NCBI RefSeq assembly: GCF_006345805.1
Contig: NC_043001.1
Location: 104,284,001 to 104,348,000, forward strand
Origin: Octopus sinensis
Lineage: Eukaryota
Direction: 5' to 3'
DNA length: 64,000 bases
Part shown: piece after piece, positions 12,901 through 26,562 of the stretch
Position numbering within the stretch: the stretch's first letter is position 1
Layout of the letters: each line of letters opens with the position of its first letter
Translations under genes and position numbers: made by a program
The notes under the pieces: model-generated
What the model saw: the letters and a program-made list of their open reading frames with translations, nothing else
Databases searched by the model: none
Told to the model about the DNA's origin: nothing

Positions 12901-13974
12901 CTACAACAAACAGAAGAGAAAATATATAAACAAGATACAAAAATAACGAAACAAACAGTTAAACATTAGCTGTTCCCCATCCACCATGATGAAGAAGGGT
13001 AGTAATAAGAAGAAGAAATGAGGTTTCACTATCATCATCATTATCATCATCGTTTAACGTCCGTTTTCCATGCTGGCATGGGTTGAACAGTTCGACTGGA
13101 ATCTGGGAAGCCAAGAGATTGCACCAGGCTCCATTCTTGATCTGGCAGTGTTTCTACAGCTGGATGCCCTTCCTAGCGCCAACCACTCAGAGAGTGTAGT
13201 GGATGCTTGCTTTTTACATGCCACCGGCATGAGGGCCAGAGGGGCTGGCATTGACCACGTTTGGATGGTGCTTTTATGTGTCACTGGCACAGGAGCTAGT
13301 CAAGGCAGCGCTGGCATCAGCCAAATTCAGATAGTACTTTTTACCCTTCTGCATTCAAATTACTTTGTCAAATATGATGCTTAATTATTCCCAAGAGTTT
13401 TGAATTAATTATGCATCATCTCATCATTTCACGAAAAGATTATGGTAACAACAAACAAGACGAGGACACATATCCGTTCAATGTAAATAATGTACAGAAT
13501 TCTTCATCTCTAAAATATATAACACACACACATATACGACAGGCTTCTTTCAGTTTCCATCTACCAAATCCGCTCACAAGGCTTTGGTTGGCCCAAGGCT
13601 ATAGTAGAAGACACTTGCCCTAGGTGCTATGCAGTGGGACTGAACATGGAACCATGTGGTTGGGAAACAAGCTACTTACCACACAGCCACTCCTGCGTCT
13701 ATATATATATATCATCATCATCATTTTTTAACATGCATGTTCCATGCTGGTATGAGCTGGATGACATGACAGACTGTCATGTGAGCAAAGACTGCACTGT
13801 GCTCCAGTATCTGCTTTAGTGTAGCTTCTCCAGCTGGATGGCCCTCCCAATGCCAACCACATTGCAAAGTGTGGACTGGGGGCTTTTTCATGTCACCAGT
13901 GCAACTGGAGTTGCCAAGCAGTTTGCAAGATTACAAATCCTGGAAGAGGGCTTGCAACTTTATGCAAGGAGACA

Positions 13975-14350
13975 AGGGCCAGAGAGGGGTAAAGTATGAG
14001 AGAAAAGGACGAGAGAAGTGTAAGTGAGAAAGAAAAGGGCCAGAGAGGGGTAAAGTATGAGAGAAAAGGACGAGAGAGGGGTAAGTGGGAAAGAAAAGGG
14101 CCAGAGAGGGATAAAGTATGATAGAAAAGGACGAGAGAGGGGTAAGTGAGAAAGAAAAGGGCCAGAGAGGGGTAAAGTATGAGAGAAAAGGGCCAGAGAG
14201 GGGTAAAGTGAGAAAGAAAAGGGCCTTAGAGGGGTAAAGTATGATAGAAAAGGACGAGAGAGGGGTAAGTGAGAAAGAAAAGGGCCAGAGAGGGGTAAAG
14301 TATGAGAGAAAAAGGACCTTAGAGGGGTAAAGTGAGAAAGAAAAGGGCCA
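13975..14350. repeat. Purine-rich minisatellite, ~30-bp unit
   Basis: About 12 copies of aaaagggccagagaggggtaaagtatgagag and variants. Confidence 0.9.
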
Positions 14351-14351
14351 C

Positions 14352-14645
14352 TTCTTCACTACAGTTTTCACTTCCTCGTCATTGGACTATTATCTCTTCA
14401 ACCCCATGAAAGAGGGTTTGAGAGGCAAACATTCCAGTGACGTAGAAGTGAAACTGTAGTGAAGAAGTGGCTCAAAGAACAGTCAACAGAATTTTACGGG
14501 GCAGGGAAACATTGCTATTGAGAGAAACGGTGACTATGTTGAGAAGTAGGGATGTGATCCACAGAGGATCAGCTTCATTTTGATGTATGATACATGTTCC
14601 TGTGTTTATGATTATACCTGTCCTAAACAAAATACTTTTTGACTC
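14352..14645 (+). mobile_element. mariner transposase C-terminal relic
   Basis: DYYLF..MKEGLRGKH....EVKL....WLKEQSTEFY.AG-like remnant, with a short inverted duplication. Confidence 0.6.
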
Positions 14646-15506
14646 GTTAAGGTTATTTCTACAGATATTCTATAGAAATTTTATCCAGCACTGAGTTTTT
14701 GCAACAACGTTTTCTATCGAGATGTCAGATGTAAACAAACAATGAGATCCAAGACAAAAATAGGTAATGAGAGTATGTACCATATTCTGAAGCAGGGGTC
14801 CCCTTCATCAGCATCCATCTGACCCATTCTCACCTCCGAACACATTGCTCATATAGCCACTGCCTGCATACAGCGGTGTCAAGTTATCAGATATACCAAT
14901 TTACATATTAAACACATTCCTGGAGCTGGTATGTAGATATTAGTGACACGTAGGCACGTGGTATTTCATTAAGCAACCACAATACACTATAAGGTACACT
15001 AAATGTACCTATAGCTACATTTACTCTTTTACTTGTTTCAGTCATTTGACTGTGGCTATGCTGGAGCACCGCCTTTAGTTGAGCAAATCGACCCCAGGAC
15101 TTATTCTATCGGTCTCTTTTGCCGAACCGCTAAGTGACGGCGACGTAAACACACCAGCATCGCTTGTCAAGCAATGCTAGGGGGACAAACACAGACACAC
15201 ACATATTATATATATACATATATACGACAGGCTTCTTTCAGTTTCCGTCTACCAAATCCACTCACAAGGCTTTGGTCGGCCCAAGGCTATAGTAGAAGAC
15301 ACTTGCCCAAGGTGCCACACAGTGGGACTGAACCCGGAACCATGTGGTTGGTAAACAAGCTACTTACCACACAGCCACTCCTGTAATACTAATAATTTCA
15401 TAATGTCTGAAAATAAGAATTGCATTAAAGTGGGAATGTTTTTTGTCCACAGATAAACCTTGTAAAGGCTGACCTCAGAGAAAAGAGGAGAAAATATCAT
15501 TTTTAC

Positions 15507-15659
15507 CTGCTTGGTTGTTCTCTTCACACCATTGTACACCTTCCATAACAAACCAGGCCCAGCGCTGGCAATCTGATTTAACAGTTCAAAATCCCTTGAT
15601 AATGGATTTCCAGGCAAAGCGTTGCTCACAACTGTTTTCAATTTGTTAAACATATCCAT
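15507..15659 (-). CDS. SCYL2: SCYL2 coding exon 1 (MDMFNKLK...GVKRTTKQ); exon extends as 5' UTR to 15719
   Basis: 51 codons resembling the SCYL2 N-terminus (GNP..R.F....IAS.G.GL.WK..NG.K..TKQ). Donor CAG|GTAAAA at 15506, phase 0. Upstream acceptor (pyrimidine tract + CCAG) at 15720-15721. Confidence 0.95.
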
Positions 15660-18600
15660 TTTGTTTTTTCTGCTTGCTCTTCTTTTTTCTTTCTGTACTT
15701 ATTCAGCTGTCTAATAATGCTGGAAAAGAAAGAAGAGAATAACTAAGATAAATGATGATGATGATGATGGGCAGTTCCCTCATGCCTGCAAATCACAAGG
15801 GAGAGCAGCACATCCTCAATTGATTATGTAAACCAATCGTTGACCCCTCCCCCCCACACACACACAGGACTTTCCGTCCTGCCTGCATTAAGTAGTTTCA
15901 AAGTGAGAATCAGTTCACACAATCCAATCCCAGTTTTTAGACTCAAAGGTCTGACCACTGTGGCTCACCGAGCTAAGATGGTTGTGGTGGCCATCAAGCT
16001 GTGAGTTTCATGTTGGAATGACCATCATCTGGGTGAATCCCAAGACAGGGTTGGAGAACTCCACCAACCCTGGGATTGTCAGAAGGGTGTCAAAAAAAGG
16101 GCACCAGATTGCCTGAAGGACTCCACTCCTTAATTTGCTGCTATGGTTAACTTCCCTAATCTTATCCTTTCCAAAGACACTCACAGGGCAATGAGAATTA
16201 GATAAAACTACAGAAATCGACTCAATCACTTTTGGCAGATATATATGAAATAGCTTGAAAGAAGCAAACCCGAGACAGTGACCGTTTAACATCTGTCTTC
16301 CAACCCATGCTGTCATGGGTTGGACAGGTTGACAGGATTCAACGGGTCCAACGATTGCATTGTGTTTCAATGTCTGTTTGGGCATAGTTTCTACACCGAG
16401 CACTGCCCTTCCAAACACCAACCACTTTACAGAATGAAAGCAGCGGGGTATTTTTGTGGCACCTTGCTGCTCACTAGACTAGAAGAAACCCAAAGGAAGA
16501 GGAAATAGGCACCCAGAAAAACAAGGAATTTCTCCTTGTTCTAAGATGAATACCTGCTAAATCATCATCATCATCATCATTGTTTAACATCCATTTTCCA
16601 TGCAGCCATGGGTTGGACAGTTTGACTGGTGGCTGGCAAGCCAGGAGGCTGCACCAGGCTCCAATATGATCTGGCAAAATTTCTATAGCTGGATGCCCTT
16701 CCTAACGCCAACCACTCTGAGAGACTAGTGGGTGCTTTTTAATAGAACAACTAATTTTCTTCCATGATCACTCCATATTTATTCTTAGAGTTATCTTAAC
16801 ACTAGTAATATATATTACAATCTTACTCAAAATAAATTTTCTTGATTAATAATTACTGAAAGCTAAAAAATTAAAACAATTTGAACAATCAATCCTAGAA
16901 TCATTTTATTATTCCTTGCCCTACCATCTCTAAAATTACTATATTTATTAGATAAATCTGCTTATCCTCTACTAACAGTTAAAGCAGGACAAATTATATT
17001 CAATGTTGACGAAATTGGAGTTTTCAGAAAGAAAGAAATGTCATTCCATACTTTCATATCTTTGTGAAGGAAAAAAAGGACGTTACTCGGTTCAAGTGCG
17101 AAAAAGACCATTGAACCACAACAACACAGCAGTAATGCTTCAGAAGAGTTCAGACAGAGGCCAATGCCGATTTATTATTCAGGAGCATCAGGGCCCATAA
17201 AGGAAATATCAAAACTGTATCTGTTTGCAATTTGTGAATCAAACTGGAAAGCCAAGGTGACCTTGCACATCTGACATGAGGTTGAGGTAATGTTTAGTGC
17301 TGGCGGTGAATGAAAATGTCTTTCTGGAACTGCTTGTAAAAATTATTAACAACACACACAAACAATTAACAGAAGATTTATCTACAGCACATTATGTTCT
17401 ATGTTGGTCTTTTGATGGAAGATTACAGCAACAATTCATACACACCAGAAGAGACGTGTTGGACAATTTAACTGGTGTATAGTAATGTGTGTATAATACT
17501 GTGTGGCTGTCTCACCACAACTAGAAAACAAACACACCATACTCACAACAACAAAATCTGCCTTCTAAACAACCATGAGAATGGAGATGTTGAGTGACAG
17601 CCTCAACATTCTGGAGTTGCTATCAAAAGACCACCTTTATATAGGGCTTAATGAGTAAGTTCTAGAAAGCTGAATCTTGCAATGGCTTGATGCTGACTGG
17701 TCAGTTAATTGGCCAATCATGCAAAACAACAGTGATCTCATCGTGTCTATCTAGTGATTTGGTTTCAAATCTGCTACACATCTAATGGCGAGCAGTGAAA
17801 AGAACATAAGAGGAACATAAGCATGAGCCTACAGAATTAACGATAATTAATTCTACACACTACTTTTGAGAATCTTGACACCCTTCAGATCTGTATTCCT
17901 GTCAAAGTAATTTGCTACCACCAAACACCCTTCATAACTCCAACCCATAGACCAGGCTGTCGTTTCTAATATCAAGCCCAGCTTCCTCACAGTTTTGAAC
18001 GCACAACCAAGATAAATCATCTACCAGGGTGTTTTCTAAAAACAACCAAAACTACCCTTAAGGGCTTAGAATGACAGCAGCCTGCAACGCAGCAACTGGG
18101 AATTGCACGAACAGAGTTTTGAAGAAGTTATTGCCAGAAACATGACCCCGGGAATTTTATCAACAGATTATGCCAATAATCAACAATGACATCAATGAGC
18201 TGATCAGAGTGTAAGAATTTTTATATGAAAAACTGCAAGTATCAGCACAGCAGTTTATCCAAAATGAATCTGCAAGAAATGATTCTTACTAGAGAATTCA
18301 GGAGTAAATAGCATCACCGAAATTGCAGGAGTAATGGACTACTGGGGTTGTACAGGCAAAGAGAGGTGTTCTGAACACAGTAGCCTGTTAGTATAGACAG
18401 CTTCATGAGAGACGAGGGAAGAAACTGCATACAGCATTAGACGAATTCTTTGTAAAGCATTGTTGAGAAAGAACCACACCCTGGCCCTTCATCCAAGACA
18501 TCTTCTGCCCTATTTCCATTGCTGCGTTTCAACTGAATTAAGCTCTTAGTGTTCATATTTCTCTGTGAAATAGAATGCTTGTTTATCCACATTATTTTCA

Positions 18601-18781
18601 ATTAATCATACACTATATTGTAGCTTTGAGATCTTAATGATGTGACTGTTTATTTATATAATGACATTGAAGGATAGGTGTGAAAGGTTGGATCTGGTCA
18701 GTATGAACATAAAATGTGCAGAATACTCGGGCCAGATATGGACAGATTAAATGCTAAAGGGTTAATGGTAAGTAGGCCTGG

Positions 18782-18998
18782 CAGAAATGTTAACATGCCG
18801 GGCGAAATGCTTAGCGGTATTTCATCTGCGTTACATTGTGAGTTCAAATTCCACCAAGGTCGACTTTGCCTTTCATCCTTTCGGAGTCGATAAATTAAGT
18901 ACCAGTTACACACTGGGGTTGATGTAATCGACTTAATACCTATGTCTGTCCTTGTTTGTCCCCTCTGTGTTTAGCCCCTTGTGGGTAATAAAGAAATA
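18782..18998 (+). mobile_element. SINE family B copy with 15-bp TSD
   Basis: ggtaagtaggcctgg at 18767-18781 and 18999-19013. Other family B copies at about 11575, 30460, 43750(-), 57365(-) and 58935. Confidence 0.85.
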
Positions 18999-20221
18999 GG
19001 TAAGTAGGCCTGGATATATGAGATTAAAATTTGTTTTCAAGAATTGGGCCTCACGGAGGTAAAGTGGCCAATGCCAGTGGCACATGAAAAGCTTCAAGTG
19101 TTGGGCCTCATGGAGGCAGTGACCCGAGACCTTTGGCATTGTGTCATGCTTGAGAAGAAGACCCATGAAGCCAAGTAGAATCACAGTTGTGGCAGATACC
19201 AGAGTCACGCAAATGGCACATAAAAGCACCCATTACACTCTTGGAGAAGTTGGCATTAGGAAGGGCATCCAGCCGTAGAAACCATGCCACATCAGACTGG
19301 AGTCTGGTGCAGCCTTCCAGCTTACCAGCCCTGGTGAAACTGTCCAACTCAAGCCAGCATGGACAACGGACATTGAATGATGATGATGTTTCATAATTCT
19401 ATAACATTAAACATTAATTAACTAAAGTTTCTAACTTTTTTATAACTTTTGATTACGTGTAACATCATGTTGTTTGAGGTTATCTAAAGGTATTAATTGC
19501 TTGTCACATGAAATGCTTATCAACTTCATTTGAATTTGTATCTTTCATAAGGCGACAGGGACAGGCAAAGAATGCTACTGGAAGTCTGCAGCCGTAACCC
19601 TGCACACAGGTTGCCATAGCGATGGCTGTTTTTCACAGACCTGAGATAAATGGGTATTTTGATATCTTCTCAAGATGACAGAGCTGACCCTCATTAGGTG
19701 CAGCACTGCTCTCGCCAATCTAAGGACAAGGGACTGAAAAGGAACCCTTATCAAAGCCTGCTCTAACTGAACTTGCCAGGCCATCACTCCTGGTTGGTCA
19801 CCAGTTGATGCAGCTGAAGAAACAGAGAAACTTATTAATCCAGACACAAGCAAAACACCAGGAAATCAATCCTCGGCTCATGAATTGTTATGGCACTACA
19901 AGACAGGGACAAGAGACCTGAGCACCGAACTGTTCTTATACCCAGAACACTAAGCAGATGCAACACTGACATAGCTGCACTGAGTGAGACAAGATTTGCA
20001 GGAGAGGGTCAGCGAGAGGAGTTTAGGGCAAGTTAAACAGTCTTCGAGACTGGTTAAGTTCAAAGAGAGAAGCAGCACTTTGTTCTGCAATCTCATCTTG
20101 CTAACAGACTCAACTCACTCAGGAAAGGAATTAATGACCGTTTCATGAGACTGTACCTTGAATTGGCAAATAACCACCAGCAAAAGTGCCTACACCCCAA
20201 CCATGACCCACATGGAGGAAT

Positions 20222-20915
20222 CTGAAGAAGCCTTCTGTTACATCATCATCAGTTTAACGTCTGTTTTCCATGCTGGCATGGGTTGGACGGTTTGACTGGG
20301 GTCTGGAAAGCCAGGAGTCTGCACCAGGCTCTAATCCGATCTGGCAATGTTTCTACATCTGGATGCTCTTCCTAACGCCAACCACTCCGAGAGTGTAGTG
20401 GGTGCTTTTTACATGCCAACGGCACAGGAGCCAGGCATCAGCCACGTTTGGATGGTGCTTTTTACATGCCACCAGCACAGAAGCCAGTCAGGATGAGGGG
20501 AGTGGCGTCGACCACGTTCAGATGGTGCTTTTTACATACCACCAGCATGGAGCTCACAACTACAATTTCCATTTGATTTGATTTTGATATTGCTGATATT
20601 GATGAACTAGACTCAATAGGTCTCCTCAAGCATGGCATGTCACCCTATGATCCAAGGTACTTGTGAGTAGGCTGGTTATGTGACACTAGTGTAAGTTACA
20701 GCTGTGGACTCCTTTTATTTGCCAGGTCTTCTCAGTCACAGCATACCTCCAGGTCTCAATCTTTTCTCATTGCCTCTGTGAGGCCCAACATTCGAAGGTC
20801 ATGCTTCACCACCTCATCCCATGTCTTCCTGGGTCTTCCTCTACCCCGGATTCCTTCCACTGTTTGGGAGTGGCACTTCTTCACACAGCTCTCCTCATCC
20901 ATCCGTAGTACATGG
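20222..20915 (-). mobile_element. 5'-truncated RTE LINE copy, representative of the abundant GGTTGGCGTTAGGAAGGGCATCCAGC...(ATG)n repeat
   Basis: RTE ORF end, then 3' UTR, ~60-bp subrepeats, the conserved block and a (TGA)n tail. Many other copies, at about 4238, 13030, 16560, 19045, 32740, 34610, 35595, 37455, 39585, 40780, 41895, 44270, 45640, 57590, 58230 and 63535. Confidence 0.75.
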
Positions 20916-21843
20916 CCGAGTAATTAGATGAGTGTCATACAAAGACAAGCTAATCCTCTTGGGGAACTCTAATGCCCAAGATTATAAGAATGACTCTACG
21001 TGGCAGTTTTAGAGAAATAATGACATTGGAATGGAAAACTCTAACGGTCACCTTCTGCTGGCAAAATGCACAAAAGATCAAACTAGTAATTACTAACAGT
21101 CTTCCAACAAGCACCGAACAACCTGGATGCATCCCAAACCAAAAGACTGGCATCTGATAGGCTCTGTGATTGCTCAGTAATTGGAGATGCAGGTTGTTGG
21201 TCAGAGCACAGAATAATCAGAAGTGTCATGCCCTTAAAGATAACAGCCAAACAAACTAGACTAGTGGTTCTTAAATGTGGTTCCCAGGGTCACATGCAGT
21301 CCTCAACCATCCTTACAGCAACCCTCAGCAGTCTTCCCTCTATAAATATGTTTCTTTAATCAACTTGTTTTACTTTTCAGCCTGTGGTCCACTAAAACAA
21401 TCCAGGCTTTGGATCTGGCCTGGATATTAAAGACATTGGGACCCACTAATTTAGACACAGAACCAAACTTGTAAATAAGCTCAACATACCTGCACTCAAG
21501 ATAAAGGAAAAGTGCACTGAACTAAGGCAGACCCTGGACAGCAGGTCACATGACATTTGGAGTATTGAACACAACTGGAAGAGCAGATCTGGGACCTGTG
21601 TATGGTCTTTGTTGATTTAACAAAAGTATTTGATACAGTAAACTGTGATACCCTCTGGAAAGACCTGCACAAGTGTGGGTTTCCCAAAAAGATGGCCAGG
21701 GTGATAAGATCATTCCACAATTGCATGATGGCCTCCATGATGGAAGGTGGGTCGGCTTCTGTTACTTTTCCTACAAAGAATGGAACCAAGCAGGGATGTG
21801 TAATGGCCCCTATCTTGTTTGCAATCTACTTTTCAGCCATGTT

Positions 21844-22078
21844 GAGAGAGATGCTGTGAAAGCACAATTGTCTGCAAATAGAAGCTTTCTCAGAAGTTGT
21901 TTCTTGACTTTTGGTTTTGGCACTGAGATGTTATTGACTGAAAATGGTGCCATCCAGTCCCAAACTGGATGGCACCATTTTCAGTCAATAACATCTCAGT
22001 GCCAAAACCAAAAGTCAAGAAACAACTTCTGAGAAAGCTTCTATTTGCAGACAATTGTGCTTTCACAGCATCTCTCTC
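21844..22078. repeat. Perfect 115-bp inverted repeat with a 5-nt spacer
   Basis: Arms 21844-21958 and 21964-22078 are exact reverse complements; the ORF track shows the same peptide on both strands. Confidence 0.95.
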
Positions 22079-23709
22079 TCCCCATCCAAGCATTAATTGA
22101 CTGTTCTCTTTACGCTGGCAAATCTTTTGGCCAAACAATCAGCTTGAAGAAGACTGAAGTCTCACAGCAGCCACAACCTGTTATGGTAGACAGTACCCGT
22201 CTAAATGTGTATCTGAAATCTACTACCCGAGAAGCATCCTGTCAGAGAATGTTCAACAGAGTAAAGAGATCACCCAGCATTGGTCTGAAGCAAACTCAGC
22301 AATCAACAGACTCCAGTACAGACTGAGGAGAGATCATGGCATCTGCCCGGCCACAAAGTTCAAAGCATACCAGGGAGCAGTGCTTACTGCTCTCTCCTAT
22401 ATTGATGCGAAGCATGGACACTCTACAAGCACCATATCAAATAGCTGAACTCATTCCATCTATAACGGAGAAAGAAGTAGCAAGCGATAAGATTTGGATA
22501 AGTTGACTAAGCAATGACTTATTCCTCTCGTTAGAATAAGATTGCCAAAGAAGAATGATGGTTATATTAGTCTGGAACAAGGATTTAAATGACTTCAGTT
22601 CTGCTGGGTCTGTTGATGTAGCTGTGGTCTGCTGTCTGTCGCAGCAATGATGAAGACCGAAGAAGACTGGTTGAAGAAAGTTGTGAGACAGGCTGGATTT
22701 CTGGTTCATCAACACTGGCCCAGAGATGTACAGTATGGTCAATGGCTGCTGCCAAAGACCCAGAGATGCAGGATACAAGAGTTTTTATAACCTTGGGTAG
22801 GTTCCAGAAACAGAGTGGTCTTTCCTGCATTGAAAACAAACTGTTGCAAGCACACAACTGGACAGTTAAAAGCCAATGCATGCAACCAGTCTGGCAAGCC
22901 ACTGGATCATGTGACTCAATGGAGAGAAAAGATCTGGTGAGCTCATTCGGTGGTATTTAATCTTAAACAACCAAACATATAAAAGCATTACACACTTCTG
23001 CTACACATCTCATCTGCCTTTATTTGGTTTGCAACATCAAGGACACAGTCCTCAACACAGAGATTCAAGCGAGACGCAACATTTTAGGCATAGAATGCTT
23101 CCTTATCAAAGCACAACTGAGGTGGGTTGACCATGTGGTATGCAAGGAAGACACTCACTTACCTAAAGCCTTTCCTCTATGGTCAACTTAGCTCTGGTGC
23201 CAAGCGACAAGGCTGTCCATTGCTCCATGATAAAGACAATCTAAAGATCTACTTGAAAACCTTTTAAGATAAACCATGAAAAGACAGGAATTGTTTGTGC
23301 TCAATAGAACTTGGTGGAGAAGCTCTTGCTACCAACTTGACTCTGACTTTTAAGGTGGTCAAGACCAACACCCAACACAGAGCCAGGTCCAGTCTGTCAC
23401 CAAAGAAAGGAGACACCGACTGCAATATCTGCAGATAGATCTGCAAATCAGAGATAAGCCTGAATTCCCCAATGAAACGACACAGCAAAACATCAGGCTG
23501 AAAACAATGCGTAGAAGCAATGAGAGTCCAATAAAAATAATAACAAGATTTATAGGAAGACTGTCTATCTACATGTATATATGTACATAATTCTCAGGCT
23601 ATCGCTACCTCTTGTTGACAGGGAGCTCAATGTGCATTCTTTTAGTTTTTTTTATGGTTTCAGTAGTAGGACTGCGGCCATGCTGGAGCACGTGTGTGTC
23701 TGCATGTAA

Positions 23710-23741
<32 letters not shown>

Positions 23742-25352
23742 CCATCTATAGATAGATGTGTTTGTGTGTATATAATTATATCTATTAGTATATTTAGAAT
23801 TAGTCTTCAGCTAGATAGACAGGTACCAAAAGAACCAAAGTTCCCTCCCGGATTCTGTAGCATTTACATTCCTCGAGCTCTTGGACGGGATGCCGTCGCA
23901 CGTAAAATGAAGTGATTTGCTCATGAACAGAACACATAGTCCAGTCCAAGAATCGAAACAACTATCTTAGGATCACGAGTATAAAACCCTAACCTCACAC
24001 ATACACTGTATATATACACATACACACACACACGTGTGTGTACGAGAGAGGAAGGTAAACGGGGGCGGCTCACTTTGTGTAGGTATGCTATATTACATAG
24101 ACACAAATGTTTCTCTAGCCATGTTTTTACCATAAAACCCGACAGAACAACTTACGACTAACATCTGACGGCTGACAAATGAATACCGAGACACGAAAGC
24201 AAGGTGGAACTAAAACTCAGGTGAGCCGTCCATTCGATATTGACTTAAATGGGGAAAATAGAATAGATTTCTCGTAACACCATAAAAATGTATTTTAAAT
24301 AATCATCACAGGGTGGGAGTCATATATAAATCACTATTTATATTCCCAAAGTAAATGTTCTAAACGAAAAAGGAACTGAAAATCGAAGCCAGGTGTAAAC
24401 GTCATCTGATATCTGCACAGACTTTGCCTACCTGCTTTTTTGTTCATTATTTGTTTTATTAATAGTAAACACTTAGTGAAGAACCTAGTGTATCCCATAT
24501 CTTATAATTGCATGTACAAATCATTTTATCATATTAATTTTTTTAATCTTTTTTAGAGAGAGAGAGAGAAAACTGCGTGTTGAAATAATAAAATATTCGT
24601 GTTGTTTATCATCATCTCAAGAATTAAAAGAATGATTGTCATGTTTTGTATCACCCAGATGTGTGTAGTGTGTATATATATAGGACAAGCCTTGGTGTGA
24701 ATAATGACTAACATTATACGGCAAAATAGGAGATATCACGAGACGAGATATATATATATATATATGATATACACACACAAGACATTCCTTTCTCCACTGT
24801 CAGTAGTCATCTACTATATTTATTCGTGTGTGTATACTCTACGGGCCTATCTTGTACGAGTATATATATATTTATATATATACATATATATATATATGCG
24901 TACATTCATACAGACACAAACATGATATACACATAAATACCTACGTGTGTGCACGCACGAGCATACCCACACACTGGGGTGTAAAATTTACGATTGAAAT
25001 TAATTGTAAGTCCAATAATTAGAGAAATTAATGAATGTAGGAAGTTCTCAAACCGTTCAGACATTCTTCACAAATAAACTGGCTACAGTTAAATACATTC
25101 TTTACATACTTGCATACATATATATATATAGAGAGAGAGTGGGTGAGTGAGAAATAGATATAGAATAATATGTGCGAGGCATTCCATAATATGTGGTGTA
25201 AGTGGTTAACAAGTGGGATTCGATGGTGTTGGAACTAAGTTAGAAAACAAACTCAACCACGATTTAAAGGTCTACACAGAGAGAGAAACAAACCGAGTTA
25301 TAATATTAATGCGTTGTTATCATTCTTTTTTGCCTTCAAAGAATCTACTCAC

Positions 25353-25700
25353 CTTAAAAGACATGTTTTGTTGCTATTACATTCAAAATAAATAATATAT
25401 GAAGGAATACAGGAACGACATTCGGTTAAGCTCCGAACATTGTCAATGGATTTACTCCATCACGCCTTTCTAACGTGATGCACACATACCCGGGATTTTC
25501 GCTTCTTTCACTCTCTTCTTGTTTTCGCTAAATTCCTAACATACTCTCACTCACGCTATCACTTGCTTTCGCCCACTCACTCACACTTGTCCTCCTCGCT
25601 CTCACTCATCCTCCTCGCACTCGTGTTTCTCTTACACGCGGTTCTAGCGCACCGACATTCTACACCCACCCTGCAAATTACTTTCGGTTTCTCCTAAATA
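25353..25700 (-). promoter_or_regulatory. Probable non-coding first exon / promoter region of SCYL2
   Basis: Perfect minus-strand donor AAG|GTGAGT at 25352, next to non-repetitive, relatively CpG-rich sequence. The exon at 15507-15719 starts with an acceptor, so an upstream UTR exon is required. The 5' limit is a guess. Confidence 0.45.
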
Positions 25701-25799
25701 TTTTTCTCCCTTAAATTTTCTCTTCCTTTTTAATATTAATTAGTCAATACCGCACACATTTCAGCGATTATGTATCTTTACACATACACACATACATAG

Positions 25800-26020
25800 G
25801 TGGGGTGGTGGAAAGTTCCTGGCTTTGGATAAAAAATAAAAAAAATTCGGGAGGATCAGTGAATTATGATTTTATTCAACATATTCCCCTCTCAGATTCA
25901 CACACATATTGTAGTGGTCCTTCTGTTTTTCTAAGCCCTGTAAAAGAACTTGGAATGTTGGGCCTCTCACCTAGCCTTTCGCGACACCCTTAAAGCCAGG
26001 AACTGTTCAGCACCCTTGTG
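25800..26020. mobile_element. mariner-derived MITE
   Basis: ggggtggtggaaagttcctggcttt ... aaagccaggaactgttcagcaccc inverted termini. Confidence 0.65.
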
Positions 26021-26057
26021 CTTCTTTTTCAGATATATGTTCTACCGACGATCGATT

Positions 26058-26131
<74 letters not shown>

Positions 26132-26495
26132 CAACTTTTAATAAAACCTGTCCTTGTATGAAACGATCGTACTAAAAACCTATCCATTCTTGTTGCTTCT
26201 TTCTCGCTTATATGTATATATATATATATTGGAAGGTTTGGAGATGATGTACAGGTATTATATATTAGAAGAAATGAGGTAATCAGAAGATCGGATAGTT
26301 CATATTTACAGATATTTATTTATATATTACATTTTTTACATATATATATCATATCATTCAGATCATTAGCGCTTTCTCCCATTCTAGTGGGGTTTTCAAA
26401 TCAAAATAATTCCTTTGTGGGGAATTTTAATTATTTTATAGAGTTTCGTAGTGGTGGGGAGAAACAAGACAGCACACTTCCCCCTCATCCACTTC

Positions 26496-26562
<67 letters not shown>

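Larger units (their letters stand above)
19560..23500 (+). mobile_element. RTE/BovB-like LINE relic with nested insertions
   Basis: DIAALSETR..GEGQ endonuclease remnant at about 19970. RT fragment FVDLTKVFDTV...GTKQGCVMAPILF at 21602-21859, then LLFAD, ISLKKTEV and QLRWVDHV remnants. Confidence 0.75.

Noticed and set aside
17280-18500. Possible LTR-retrotransposon relic (TGGCG primer-site-like motif near 17787)
   Set aside because: No paired LTR, TSD or recognisable gag/pol motif could be confirmed by eye.
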